A stretch of 64,000 nucleotides of DNA, from assembly GCA_035532355.1 (NCBI GenBank), contig DATKRJ010000215.1, positions 7,247 through 71,246 of the forward strand, read 5' to 3'. The translations under genes were made by a program, and so were the position numbers. Positions within the stretch are counted from its first letter, which is position 1; the number at the start of each line of letters is the position of its first letter. Below, one piece after another: positions 20,196-29,939 of this stretch. The notes beneath the pieces are model-generated. The model searched no databases. It had not been told where the DNA came from and was given only the letters and a program-made list of their open reading frames with translations. Origin of the DNA: Thermomicrobiaceae bacterium. GTDB lineage: Bacteria; Chloroflexota; Chloroflexia; Thermomicrobiales; Thermomicrobiaceae.

Positions 20196-22097
20196 CTACC
20201 GGATCAGGCTGCTGTCGATGATCAGGTATACGGCCACGATGACCACCGCTCCGAGCGCGATCGCCAAAGCATAGTTGGCGAGCAGGCCCGTCTGGGCGCG
20301 GCGCCAGCGCTCGCTGGTGAAGGAGACCACCCCCGCCACGCCGTTGACCGTGCCGTCGATGATGTGGACGTCGACCACGCGCCACAGAAACACCGACGTC
20401 AGATACAACGGGTGCACCACCAGCCGCTCGTAGATCTCGTCGAAGTACCACTTGCGGAAGGAGAGCCGGTAGAGCGGCCCCAGCCGCGCCGCGATGGCGT
20501 CCGGCACCAGCGTCCGGGTCACGTAAGCCCGCCAGGTCAGGAACACGCCGCTCAGCGCGATGAGGGTCGAGATCACCCCGAACGTGAGCGTCGTCGTCAG
20601 CGAGACGTGGTGCTCGACCGCCGCCCCACTGACGCTGAAGACCGGGCCTAGGAAGTTCTGGATGAAGCCGTGCTCCGGTGGGAAGCCCAGGAAGCCGGCC
20701 AGTCCGGCGCCGATCGCCAGGATCAGGAGCGGCACCGTCATCCATGGCGGAGACTCGTGCGGGTGGACGTGGTCGTGGTCGAAGCGCTCCTCACCCAGGA
20801 AGGTCAGGAAGACGACCCGGAACATGTAGACCGAGGTGAAGAAGGCGGCGATCAGGCCGACGATGGCGACGATCGGGTAGCCGCCCGCCCAGGCGCCGAC
20901 GATCGTCTCGTCCTTGCTCCAGAAGCCCGCCAGCGGCACGATCCCGGCGTTGGCCGCCGCGCCGATCAGAAATGTCCAGAACGTGATGGGCATGAACTTC
21001 TTCAAGCCGCCCATGAAGCGCATGTCCTGCTCGTCGTGCATGCCGTGGATCACGCTGCCGGCGCCCAGGAAGAGCAGACCCTTGAAGAAGGCGTGCGTCA
21101 TCAGGTGGAAGATCGCCGCCGCCCAGGCGCCGACCCCGAGCGCGAACGCCATGTAGCCCAGCTGGCTGACTGTCGAGTAGGCGATGACCTTCTTGATGTC
21201 GTACTGCGTGACGCCGATCGTCGCCGCCACGAACGCCGTCGCCGCCCCGACGATCGCCACCACCAGCATCGCGGTGTGCGAGGCGCTGAAGATCGGGAAC
21301 GAGCGGGCCACCATGAAGATGCCGGCCGTGACCATCGTCGCGGCGTGAATCAGAGCCGACACCGGCGTCGGGCCCTCCATGGCATCCGGCAGCCAGACGA
21401 AGAGCGGGATCTGCGCGGACTTGCCGATCGCTCCGGTGAAGAGGAGCAGCGCGATCAGGGTGACCGCGCCCTGCGGCAGTTGCGGGACTGCGGCGAAGAC
21501 CCGGCTGTAGTCGAGCGATCCCACCTTCACGAAGATGAACATGATCCCGATGCCGAAGCCCAGGTCGCCCACCCGGTTCACGATGAAGGCCTTCTTGGCG
21601 GCATTGGCCGCCGAGAGACGTCGGAACCAGAACCCGATGAGCAGGTAGGAGCAGAGGCCCACACCCTCCCAGAAGACGAAGAGGAGCAGGTAGTTACTGG
21701 CCAGCACGAGCATCAGCATCGAGAAGACGAACAGCGGCAGGTACGAGAAGAAGCGGTAGAAGCCGGTGTCACCCTGCATGTAGCCCACCGAGTAGACGTG
21801 GACGAGCAGGCTGACGCCGCTCACCACCAGCAGCATGACCGCGGTGAGCTGGTCGACCGTGAGGGTCACCGGGATCTGGAAGTCGCCGGCCGGGATCCAG
21901 GTGTAGAGGTGTTGTGAGAGCGGCACCGTACCGCCGTGCACCTGCGCGAAGACGATCACGCTCAGCACGAACGAGACGCCGACGCCCAGGATGCCGAGCC
22001 AGTGCGCCCGATCGCGGATGAACCAGCGCCCGAGCACGAAGTTGACGACGGCGGCAACGAGCGGCGCCAGCGGGATCAGAAACAGCCAGTTCGCCAT
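20196..22097 (-). CDS. nuoL: NADH-quinone oxidoreductase subunit L
   Basis: WLPDAMEGPTPVSALIHAATMVTAG, in a 633-aa polytopic protein. Confidence 0.9.
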   Translation of the reverse strand: MANWLFLIPLAPLVAAVVNFVLGRWFIRDRAHWLGILGVGVSFVLSVIVFAQVHGGTVPLSQHLYTWIPAGDFQIPVTLTVDQLTAVMLLVVSGVSLLVHVYSVGYMQGDTGFYRFFSYLPLFVFSMLMLVLASNYLLLFVFWEGVGLCSYLLIGFWFRRLSAANAAKKAFIVNRVGDLGFGIGIMFIFVKVGSLDYSRVFAAVPQLPQGAVTLIALLLFTGAIGKSAQIPLFVWLPDAMEGPTPVSALIHAATMVTAGIFMVARSFPIFSASHTAMLVVAIVGAATAFVAATIGVTQYDIKKVIAYSTVSQLGYMAFALGVGAWAAAIFHLMTHAFFKGLLFLGAGSVIHGMHDEQDMRFMGGLKKFMPITFWTFLIGAAANAGIVPLAGFWSKDETIVGAWAGGYPIVAIVGLIAAFFTSVYMFRVVFLTFLGEERFDHDHVHPHESPPWMTVPLLILAIGAGLAGFLGFPPEHGFIQNFLGPVFSVSGAAVEHHVSLTTTLTFGVISTLIALSGVFLTWRAYVTRTLVPDAIAARLGPLYRLSFRKWYFDEIYERLVVHPLYLTSVFLWRVVDVHIIDGTVNGVAGVVSFTSERWRRAQTGLLANYALAIALGAVVIVAVYLIIDSSLIR

Positions 22098-22156
22098 CTC
22101 GGCCTACTCCCCTACCTTCACCCCGTCGGGCCGGGCGGACGGCGGCGCGCTGGCGC

Positions 22157-22465
22157 TCATTCCCGGAGCTCGCGGACCTGGTCGATGTCCACCGTGTCGA
22201 CCCGCCGCGAGAGGGCCATGATGATCCCGAGGCCGACGACCGCCTCCGCCGCCGCGACGGCGACGACGAACAGCGCGAAGGTCTGGCCGACCATCGAGTT
22301 CTGCTCCCAGGCAAATCCGATGAAACTCACGTTGACGGCATTGAGCATGAGCTCGACGCACATGAAGATGACGAGCACGTTGCGCCGGGTGAGCACGCCG
22401 ACCATGCCGACGATGAACAGCGCCGCGCTCAGCAGCAGGAAGTGGTCCGCGGTCAGGTGCGTCAT
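22157..22465 (-). CDS. nuoK: NADH-quinone oxidoreductase subunit K
   Basis: 102 aa with FMCVELMLNAVNVSF. The start overlaps the nuoJ stop (ATGA). Confidence 0.9.
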   Translation of the reverse strand: MTHLTADHFLLLSAALFIVGMVGVLTRRNVLVIFMCVELMLNAVNVSFIGFAWEQNSMVGQTFALFVVAVAAAEAVVGLGIIMALSRRVDTVDIDQVRELRE

Positions 22466-23184
22466 GGCTCGCGCCGCTCCCCCCAGACGGGATGATCGAC
22501 GAACTCGTCGCCGGACTTGGCCATCACCAGCTCACGCTCGCCGGTTTCCGGCTTCACCTGGCTGGCGCTGACGGCCGGCAACGCGGTTGGCTGCGGCTCG
22601 ACGTCGGTGCCGCGCGGGTGGCCGAGCGAGATTGTCGACGTCTCTCTGCGGGCGGAACGCAGCCGCGGCAGATCCGGCCGGGCCAGGACGAGCGCGCCAA
22701 CGGTCGCCACCAGCAGGACCAGCGCCGTGGCCTGGATCGGCAGCACGTATCCGGAATACAGGACCTGACCGAGCGCCTGAACGTTCCCGCCGGCCGACTG
22801 CACCGCCGCGGGCGTCCAGGGTCCGGAAGGTACCGAGGCGGAGCGGGTCAGCACCGCAGCCGCCACCTCGCCCAGGAGGATGAGCCCTAAGATAAAACCG
22901 GCGGCCCGCTGGACCGGGCGGCCGCCGTGGAACTCCGGCAGGTCCTCCTGGTGCACCAGCATGATGACAAAAAGCACCAGCACCAGGATCGCGCCGGTGT
23001 AGACGATCACCTGGACGACCGCGAGGAAGTCCGCGCGCAGCATGACGTAGATCGCCGCGAGGTTGACGAACGTCACCACCAGCGAGGCGGCGCTGTGGAC
23101 CGGGTTGCGCGCCAGCACGACGCCGATCGCCGCCAGCACCGCGATCACGCTCAGGATGTCGAAGACGACCACCTCAGCCGACAT
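22462..23184 (-). CDS. nuoJ: NADH-quinone oxidoreductase subunit J (with C-terminal extension)
   Basis: NPVHSAASLVV...VVQVIVYTGAILVLVLFVIML. Confidence 0.85.
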   Translation of the reverse strand: MSAEVVVFDILSVIAVLAAIGVVLARNPVHSAASLVVTFVNLAAIYVMLRADFLAVVQVIVYTGAILVLVLFVIMLVHQEDLPEFHGGRPVQRAAGFILGLILLGEVAAAVLTRSASVPSGPWTPAAVQSAGGNVQALGQVLYSGYVLPIQATALVLLVATVGALVLARPDLPRLRSARRETSTISLGHPRGTDVEPQPTALPAVSASQVKPETGERELVMAKSGDEFVDHPVWGERREP

Positions 23185-23226
23185 GACGCGAGCCGTCCCC
23201 TCGTGCGCGCGCGACGCCCCACGAAC

Positions 23227-24249
23227 TCACAGGAGCCCGAGGCCCCAGAGGCGGATCAAGCCGGTAAGCGCGATGTTGACCACCGCCAGTGGGAGGAGAA
23301 CCTTCCAGGCCAGCCCCATTAGCTGGTCGTAGCGAAACCGCGGTAGGGTGGCTCGCAGCCAGACGTAGAAGAGGAGGAAGACCCCAGCCTTGATGAGCAG
23401 CCACCACACCCCCGAGGCTATCGGCCCGTCGATACCGCCAAGGAACAGGGTCGAGGCCATCAGCGACACGATGATCATGTTGATGTACTCGGCCAGGAAG
23501 TAGAACGAGAAGCGGAACCCGGAGTACTCGGTGTGGAACCCGGCGATCAGCTCCGTCTCCGCCTCGGGCAGGTCGAAGGGGGCGCGGTTGGTCTCGGCGA
23601 CGGCGGCGATCAGAAAGATTACGAACGCGAGCGGCTGGCTCAGGATGTACCAGTTGGGCACCTGCAGCGCGCCGAAGCTGAGCGCCTGCTGCTGCTGATG
23701 GAGGATCTGCACCAGGCTGAGAGACCCGGAGAGGATGAAGACGCCGACCAGCGAGAGCCCGAGCGTGATCTCATAGCTGACGACCTGGGCGGCCGAGCGC
23801 AGCCCGCCGAGCAGCGAGTAGCGGTTCCCCGAGGCGTAGCCGCCCAGGATGATGCCGTAGACTCCCATGCTGCCGATCGCCAACACGTAGAGCACCGCGA
23901 CGTTGATATCGGCCACGTACAGGTGGACCGGATAGCCGAAGACGTGGATGGTGTTGCCGAAGGGGATCACGGCGGCGGCGACGGGGGCGAGGACGAAGGA
24001 GACGAGTGGGGCGATGAGGAACATCCGCTTGTCGGCGGCCTGCGGGACGATGTCCTCCTTCTGCAGGAGCTTCACCCCGTCCGCGAGCGGCTGGAGCAGA
24101 CCAAACGGCCCGGTCCGGTTTGGTCCGATCCGGTCCTGCATCACCGCCAGGACCTTGCGCTCGAAGTAGGTCATGTAGGCCATCATCGTCAACAGGATGA
24201 TCAGGACGATGACGGCGAGGATGTAGCTGCTCACATAGGCGCTCAGCAT
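23227..24249 (-). CDS. nuoH: NADH-quinone oxidoreductase subunit H
   Basis: ERKVLAVMQDRIGPNRTGPFGLLQPLADG. Confidence 0.9.
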   Translation of the reverse strand: MLSAYVSSYILAVIVLIILLTMMAYMTYFERKVLAVMQDRIGPNRTGPFGLLQPLADGVKLLQKEDIVPQAADKRMFLIAPLVSFVLAPVAAAVIPFGNTIHVFGYPVHLYVADINVAVLYVLAIGSMGVYGIILGGYASGNRYSLLGGLRSAAQVVSYEITLGLSLVGVFILSGSLSLVQILHQQQQALSFGALQVPNWYILSQPLAFVIFLIAAVAETNRAPFDLPEAETELIAGFHTEYSGFRFSFYFLAEYINMIIVSLMASTLFLGGIDGPIASGVWWLLIKAGVFLLFYVWLRATLPRFRYDQLMGLAWKVLLPLAVVNIALTGLIRLWGLGLL

Positions 24250-24351
24250 GCGCTCCTTGCCCCACTCCTCCGGCTGGCCCCGCGCGCTCGGCCGCGTCCC
24301 GGGCGCGATGCGTCCCGGAGCGTCACGACACGCCTTCGCTCGCCTCCCGCC

Positions 24352-25584
24352 TCAGCGGTCGACCGATCCTAACACGATATCGATCGTCCCGATCAGCGCC
24401 ACCACGTCGGCAAGCATCGCGCCCTCGGCCATGTACGGCAGCGACTGGAGATTGACGAAGTCCGGCGTGCGGATTCGCAGCCGGTACGGAATCGGCGACC
24501 CGTCGCTCACGATGTAGTGCCCCAGCTCGCCTTTGGAGTGCTCGATGGCCATGTAGACCTCACCCTTGGGCGGTGAGAACCCCTTGATCACCCAGACGAA
24601 GTGCCGCTGCATGTCCTCGGCCGTGGTCATCACCGTGTCGTGCGGCGGAATGACGTAGTTCGACTCGGCGAGCGTGAGCGAGCCGTCCGTCGGCACCTGG
24701 TCGATGCACTGACGGATGATCTTGAGTGACTGACGGAACTCCTCCATGCGCACCAGGTAGCGATCGTAGACGTCGCCGTGGGTCCCCAGCGGCACCTCGA
24801 AGTCCATGCGGTCGTACAGCAGATACGGCTGCGCCTTGCGTACGTCGTAGTTGATGCCCGACCCGCGCAGGCAGGCGCCGGTCAGCCCGTAGCTCAGTGC
24901 GACGTCCGGCTCGATCACGCCAATCCCGCGCGTACGGGCGAGCCAGATCGGATTGGCCGACAGCAGGTCGGAGTACTCCTTGAGCCGCGACGGGAAGACG
25001 TCCAGGAAGTTGCGGACCATCCCCGGCAGTTCGGGCGGGATCGGTCGGGAGAACCCACCGATCTCCATCATGTTCGTCGTCAGCCGGGCGCCGCAGAACG
25101 TCTCGAAGATGTCCATGATCAGCTCACGCTCGCGGAAGCAGTAGAGGGACATCGAGAGCGCGCCGATGTCGAGCGCGTGGGTGCCGAGCCAGACCAGATG
25201 GGACGCAATGCGCGCGAACTCCCCCATGATCATGCGCCAGTATTGGGCACGCTCCGGCGCCTCGAACCCCAGCAGCTTTTCGACCGTGAGGATGTAGCCC
25301 AGGTTGTTGGACGGCGAGGCCACGTAGTCGGTGCGGTCGGTCCACGGCGTGAACTGCGAGTAGCGCTTGGTCTCACCGATCTTCTCGACGCCGCGGTGCA
25401 AGTAGCCGATGACGGGGTCGCAGGCGGTGACGACCTCGCCCTCGAGGGACAGGCGGACCCGGAGCACTCCGTGGGTGCTCGGGTGCTGCGGCCCCATGTT
25501 CAGCACCATCTCGCGCCGGTTGTCGGTGAGGAGGTGCTCTTCGGTGACGACGACGGGTGTGGGCTCTTTGAATTCGAGCGACAT
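24352..25584 (-). CDS. nuoD: NADH-quinone oxidoreductase subunit D
   Basis: LNMGPQHPSTHGVLR and a C-terminal VALIGTIDIVLGSVDR. Confidence 0.9.
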   Translation of the reverse strand: MSLEFKEPTPVVVTEEHLLTDNRREMVLNMGPQHPSTHGVLRVRLSLEGEVVTACDPVIGYLHRGVEKIGETKRYSQFTPWTDRTDYVASPSNNLGYILTVEKLLGFEAPERAQYWRMIMGEFARIASHLVWLGTHALDIGALSMSLYCFRERELIMDIFETFCGARLTTNMMEIGGFSRPIPPELPGMVRNFLDVFPSRLKEYSDLLSANPIWLARTRGIGVIEPDVALSYGLTGACLRGSGINYDVRKAQPYLLYDRMDFEVPLGTHGDVYDRYLVRMEEFRQSLKIIRQCIDQVPTDGSLTLAESNYVIPPHDTVMTTAEDMQRHFVWVIKGFSPPKGEVYMAIEHSKGELGHYIVSDGSPIPYRLRIRTPDFVNLQSLPYMAEGAMLADVVALIGTIDIVLGSVDR

Positions 25585-25589
25585 GGCGG

Positions 25590-26198
25590 CTACGGCCTCC
25601 GGAGTCTAGAGCGGACGCGCGGCGCCGGCGTGTCGTAGCCGGGCTGCACGTACTCGCGGAATCCGCGGATCGGGTAGTCCTTGCGCAGCGGGTGTCCCTC
25701 GTCCCAGTCCTCGGCGAGCAGGATCCGGCGCAGGTCGGGGTGCCCTTCGAAGATCAGGCCGAACATGTCGTAGGCCTCGCGCTCGAGCCAGTTGGCCGCT
25801 GCGAACACCGGGACCAGGGAGGGGACGGTCTCGCCGTCGTTCACCCCGGTCTTGAGCCGCAGCCGGCGGCGCTTGGGCACGGAGTAGAGCTGTACGACCA
25901 GGTCGAACCGCGGATCGTCCCGCAGCCGAAGCATGTCGACGAATGTCTCGTCGGTCAGGAGGTTGAATCGGAGCTCCGGTTCGTCGCGGAGGAACTGGAC
26001 GACCTCGCGCAGGAACTCTCGCTCGACGCGCACCGTCATCTCATCGCGGTAGTTGACCGCGTCGACGTAGGCCCCGGGGAACGCCGCGCGGATGGCGAGC
26101 ACGGCCGGATTCTCGTCAGGGTTCGTCGGGCCCCAGTAGCCGGTCCGCTCCCAGGGACCTGGCCCCGGGTTGGTCGCGATCTGCCGGTCCTCGGACAC
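25590..26198 (-). CDS. nuoC: NADH-quinone oxidoreductase subunit C
   Basis: NWLEREAYDMFGLIFEGHPDLRRIL. A GTG start was chosen after GGAGAGG. The track ORF start at 26318 overlaps nuoB. Confidence 0.85.
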   Translation of the reverse strand: MSEDRQIATNPGPGPWERTGYWGPTNPDENPAVLAIRAAFPGAYVDAVNYRDEMTVRVEREFLREVVQFLRDEPELRFNLLTDETFVDMLRLRDDPRFDLVVQLYSVPKRRRLRLKTGVNDGETVPSLVPVFAAANWLEREAYDMFGLIFEGHPDLRRILLAEDWDEGHPLRKDYPIRGFREYVQPGYDTPAPRVRSRLRRP

Positions 26199-26229
26199 GT
26201 TCTCACCTCTCCCGGCGAACAGCGATCCG

Positions 26230-26787
26230 TCAGCGGCGCGGCCCCAGCGCGACCCTGGCCTCCTCGCGAGTGCGCGCCCGCTCGGCCTCCGCCTCGTCCG
26301 TCCCGTGCTTCTTGGCAATCGTCTCGTAGTTGATGACCCGGTTCTGGAGCTCGATCACACCGTACCAGAGGGCTTCCGGCAGCGGCGGACAGCCCGGCAC
26401 GTAGACGTCCACCGGGATCACCTGATCGACGCCCTGGACCACGGCGTAGGTGTCGAAGGGTCCGCCCACGTTGGCGCAGCTGCCCATGCTGATGACCCAC
26501 TTCGGGTCGGCCATCTGGTCGTAGAGCTGGCGCACCACCGGCGCCATCTTGCGGGTCACCGTGCCGGCCACGATCATCAGGTCGGCCTGGCGCGGCGAGG
26601 CGCGGTAGAGCATGCCGAAGCGCTCGGCAAGGTCGAAGCGCGGCATCGAGGCGCTGATCATCTCGATCGCGCAGCAGGCCAGGCCGAACTGGAGCCACCA
26701 CAGGCTGGAGCGCCGGGCCCAGTTGAACACTGAGTCAACCGTGGTGGTAACGACGTTCTTCTCGAAGCGGTCCTCGATCACACCCAT
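26230..26787 (-). CDS. nuoB: NADH-quinone oxidoreductase subunit B
   Basis: [10 protein letters not shown]...[15 protein letters not shown]...[10 protein letters not shown]...[11 protein letters not shown], carrying the N2 cluster cysteines. Confidence 0.9.
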   Translation of the reverse strand: MGVIEDRFEKNVVTTTVDSVFNWARRSSLWWLQFGLACCAIEMISASMPRFDLAERFGMLYRASPRQADLMIVAGTVTRKMAPVVRQLYDQMADPKWVISMGSCANVGGPFDTYAVVQGVDQVIPVDVYVPGCPPLPEALWYGVIELQNRVINYETIAKKHGTDEAEAERARTREEARVALGPRR

Positions 26788-27134
26788 TCCAGCGCGCCTT
26801 TCTTCCACTCGTAGATAAGGCCGCCGAGCAGGATCCCCAGGAAGATAATGGCCTCGACGTAGCCGTACAGGCCGAGCGCGTCGAAGGCCACGGCCCACGG
26901 GAAGAGGAAGATGGCCTCGACGTCGAAGACCACGAACAGCATAGCGACTACGTAGAAGCGCGGCGTGTAGCGCGCCCGGATCGGCGCGACGTCGGGCACG
27001 CCGCTCTCGTAGGGCTGCAGTTTGGCCGCGGTAGGATGACTGGGGCGGATCAGGTGTCCCAGCCCGAGCAGGCCAGTCCCCATAATGATCGCCGTAAGGA
27101 GCATCAGTCCGATGATCGCGTAGTCCTGGAGCAT
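26778..27134 (-). CDS. nuoA: NADH-quinone oxidoreductase subunit A
   Basis: YESGV...[15 protein letters not shown]. The start at MLQDY is preceded by GGAGAGG. Confidence 0.85.
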   Translation of the reverse strand: MLQDYAIIGLMLLTAIIMGTGLLGLGHLIRPSHPTAAKLQPYESGVPDVAPIRARYTPRFYVVAMLFVVFDVEAIFLFPWAVAFDALGLYGYVEAIIFLGILLGGLIYEWKKGALEWV

Positions 27135-27263
27135 CGCCCGGCATCCTCTCCTATGCCGCGCGGGGCCCACCCGCACTTTGTGTACTATATCACGCAGTCC
27201 GTACGCACTCTACGACTCGTTCCAGGACTCACCGGCGGGCCTGAGCCATCGCCGAGCGGGACG

Positions 27264-29642
27264 TCACGGTCCCGTGGCGGTGGGCGTCGGACGGCGTCCC
27301 GGAATCGCCGTCGGCGTGGGAGCGACCGGTCGGGTCGGCGTCCTCGTGCTCTGCGGCCGGACCGACGGCGCCGTTACGTTGACCATCGCCGCGTATGTGT
27401 ACAGGCTCTGCGTGCCGGTGCTGGTGAAGTGGGCGTTGTGGCCCACGTCGGCCAGCGCCGCCTTCAGTTCCTGCGTCGAATACGGGTCCACCTTGTTGCA
27501 CGGGAGCGTCGGCCCCTCGCCGCGGACGAGCACCTCGGTCACCGTACGCGCCCCCGGCGTCGGCATTCCGCCGGTGGCGGCGCAGACCGGCCCGTTATAG
27601 ACGTTGGACGGCCGTGGGAAATCCGGAGCAATCGGCTTGCCGTCAGGTCCGGCCAGCGTCTGGGCGAATTGTGGATCGCTGTGCGCCTTGACCATGAAGT
27701 CGTGCCAGACGGGGGCGGCGGTCGTGACACCGTCCAGGTTCTGTCGCGGAGCATGGTTGTCCGTATTGCCGGTCCAGACGCCGACGACGAGATCGGTCGT
27801 GTAGCCCATCGTCCAGAGGTCCCGAGCGTCGTTGGTGGTCCCCGTCTTGGCGCCGGCCGGCCGGTTCAGCTCCGGCAGCGTCAGCGGAGTCTGGGTGCCG
27901 AAGACCATGGCCCGCGCGCTGTTGTCCGTAAGGATGCTGGTTATCTGATAAGCGTGCGCTGCCTCGACCACCTGCTGGCCCTGATCGAACGCGTGCTGCC
28001 GATCCAGCTTGTAGAGGACATTACCCTGGCTGTCGGTCACGTCCAGCAGCGGGGTGTACGAGACGTAGCGGCCGTTATTCGCCAGCGTCGCGAAGGCATT
28101 GGTGTGCTCCAGGGGCGTGACCTCCCCACCGCCGAGGGTTACCGCCAGGCCGTAGAAGCTGGTACCGCGCCAGAGCCCGGACACGATTCCCATTCTGTGC
28201 GCCAGATCGATCATCGTCGGCACGCCAACGTAGTCCAGTGCCTGCACCGCCGGGATGTTGAGCGAGTTGGAGAGCGCAGTCCGCACACTCACCGCGCCGT
28301 AGTTCTGGAAGGTGTAGTCGTGCGGCTCATAGAACGGGTCGGGCGCGCCCGGAGTCGGCCACTTCTTGTCGTAGTCGAAGATGACGGTCCCCGGGTTCCA
28401 GCCCTTCTCGAAGGCGGCGAGGTAGGTGATCGGCTTGATCGAGCTGCCCGGCTGGCGCTCTCGGGTGGTGACGTTCACCTGCCCGTCGATAGCGTCGTTG
28501 TAATAGTCGGCGCTGCCGACCATGCTGACGATCTCGCCGTCCCAGGGCAGCATGGCCACCAGCGCTCCGTTGTCCACGTCGTAGGCGGTGTAGTCCCTCA
28601 CGTGGTCGGACACGATCTTCTGCGCATCGGCCTGGAGGTTGGAGTCGAGCGTGGTGTGGACGACGAGCCCGCCCCGGTAGAGCGCCGCCGCGCCGAACTT
28701 CTGCTCGAGGTAGTACTGCACGTAGTTCACGAAGTGCGGCGCCACGTCTGCCGGCAGCTGGGGCGGCACGACGCGGATCGGCTCCGCGTACGCGTCGTCG
28801 GCCGCCTGCTGGCTAATCACCCCCTGGCGAGTCATCTGATCGAGGACGTAGCGCTGTCTGGCCTTGGCGAGCTCGTAGTTCTGCGTCGGGTCATAGGCGC
28901 TGGGGGCCTGCGGCAGGCCGGCGAGCATGGCCGCCTCGCCAAGCGTCAGGCCCCAGGGGTGCTTATTGAAGTAGGTCATTGAGGCCGCGTCGACGCCGTA
29001 GGCTCGGTTGCCGTAGTAGACGTCGTTCAGGTACATCTCGAGCACCTGCGGCTTCGTATAGTGGCGCGAGAACTGATAGGCGACGATCGCCTCGCGGAGC
29101 TTGCGCGTATAGGACCGGTCGAAGCCGATTGAGTCCGGATAGAGGGCACGAACGAGCTGCTGCGTGATCGTCGAGGCGCCAGAGCCCGCCGAGCCGCTCA
29201 GGTTGGAGAGGAAGCTGCGACCGATCGCGAGCGGATCCACGCCCTGGTTCGTCCAGAAAGACGCGTCTTCGGCCGAGACGGTCGCGTCGAAGATCCAGGC
29301 GCGATGGGGTGCGGTGAGGTCGGACTGCTGCTGGGTGATGTGGTCCTGGATCTCCTGGTAGCCGACCGGAGTACGGAGCCCGGTGTTGGGATCCGAGACC
29401 TCGCTCAGAAGCTTCCAGTTACGGTCGTAGATCTTGGTCGTCGCGAACTGCACGGCCTCGACCTGCTGGACAGACGGGAGATCCTGCGTCACGTAGTTCC
29501 AGCCGGCGTACCCGCCCGCCGCGGCCACGCCAACCGTCGCCAGGAGTACCAGCAGCAACCCGAGGGACGCCGCCGCCGCCACGCGTCCGAGCGTAATCGG
29601 GCTGCGGCGGTGGCGACGACGCCGACCGGCGAGGATCTGCAT
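27264..29642 (-). CDS. Class A penicillin-binding protein (PBP1A, transglycosylase + transpeptidase)
   Basis: GT51 motifs EDASFWTNQGVD and GASTITQQL. Transpeptidase motifs PGSSIKP and GAKTGTTND. A TM helix follows MQILAGRRRRH, and there is a Pro/Thr-rich C-terminal tail. The start is uncertain; an alternative lies near 29810. Confidence 0.85.
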   Translation of the reverse strand: MQILAGRRRRHRRSPITLGRVAAAASLGLLLVLLATVGVAAAGGYAGWNYVTQDLPSVQQVEAVQFATTKIYDRNWKLLSEVSDPNTGLRTPVGYQEIQDHITQQQSDLTAPHRAWIFDATVSAEDASFWTNQGVDPLAIGRSFLSNLSGSAGSGASTITQQLVRALYPDSIGFDRSYTRKLREAIVAYQFSRHYTKPQVLEMYLNDVYYGNRAYGVDAASMTYFNKHPWGLTLGEAAMLAGLPQAPSAYDPTQNYELAKARQRYVLDQMTRQGVISQQAADDAYAEPIRVVPPQLPADVAPHFVNYVQYYLEQKFGAAALYRGGLVVHTTLDSNLQADAQKIVSDHVRDYTAYDVDNGALVAMLPWDGEIVSMVGSADYYNDAIDGQVNVTTRERQPGSSIKPITYLAAFEKGWNPGTVIFDYDKKWPTPGAPDPFYEPHDYTFQNYGAVSVRTALSNSLNIPAVQALDYVGVPTMIDLAHRMGIVSGLWRGTSFYGLAVTLGGGEVTPLEHTNAFATLANNGRYVSYTPLLDVTDSQGNVLYKLDRQHAFDQGQQVVEAAHAYQITSILTDNSARAMVFGTQTPLTLPELNRPAGAKTGTTNDARDLWTMGYTTDLVVGVWTGNTDNHAPRQNLDGVTTAAPVWHDFMVKAHSDPQFAQTLAGPDGKPIAPDFPRPSNVYNGPVCAATGGMPTPGARTVTEVLVRGEGPTLPCNKVDPYSTQELKAALADVGHNAHFTSTGTQSLYTYAAMVNVTAPSVRPQSTRTPTRPVAPTPTAIPGRRPTPTATGP

Positions 29643-29939
29643 GGAGAGGCGGGCCGCCGTGCTCGCGGATTGGCGGCCGGGCTGACGCTGGTGACGGTGT
29701 CGGGCCCGGTCAAGGGTTGCTGCGCGGATGCGTCCTCGGCTCACGCCACCTCGCTCGCTGCGGTATCTGGCTGCGGCGCTGTTACCCCGGAGGCACGGGA
29801 TCGCACGCATAATACCACGCCCTCTCGCCGTCCTCGGCCGGGCGGAATTCCGTGTTAGAATGCGACGGAGCATGGGCACGACGACACGGGGCGTGGTGCG
29901 CGGCCGCCGGGCTGGCAGCGCCATCAGAGGAGGCTGCCG

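Noticed and set aside
18404-21917. Long + strand ORFs (18404-20221 and 20670-21917) rich in His/Asp/Arg/Glu.
   Set aside because: They are antisense to nuoM and nuoL, whose products carry unmistakable antiporter-subunit motifs. Their composition (runs of R, D, H, E, G) is the mirror-frame signature of GC-rich coding DNA.
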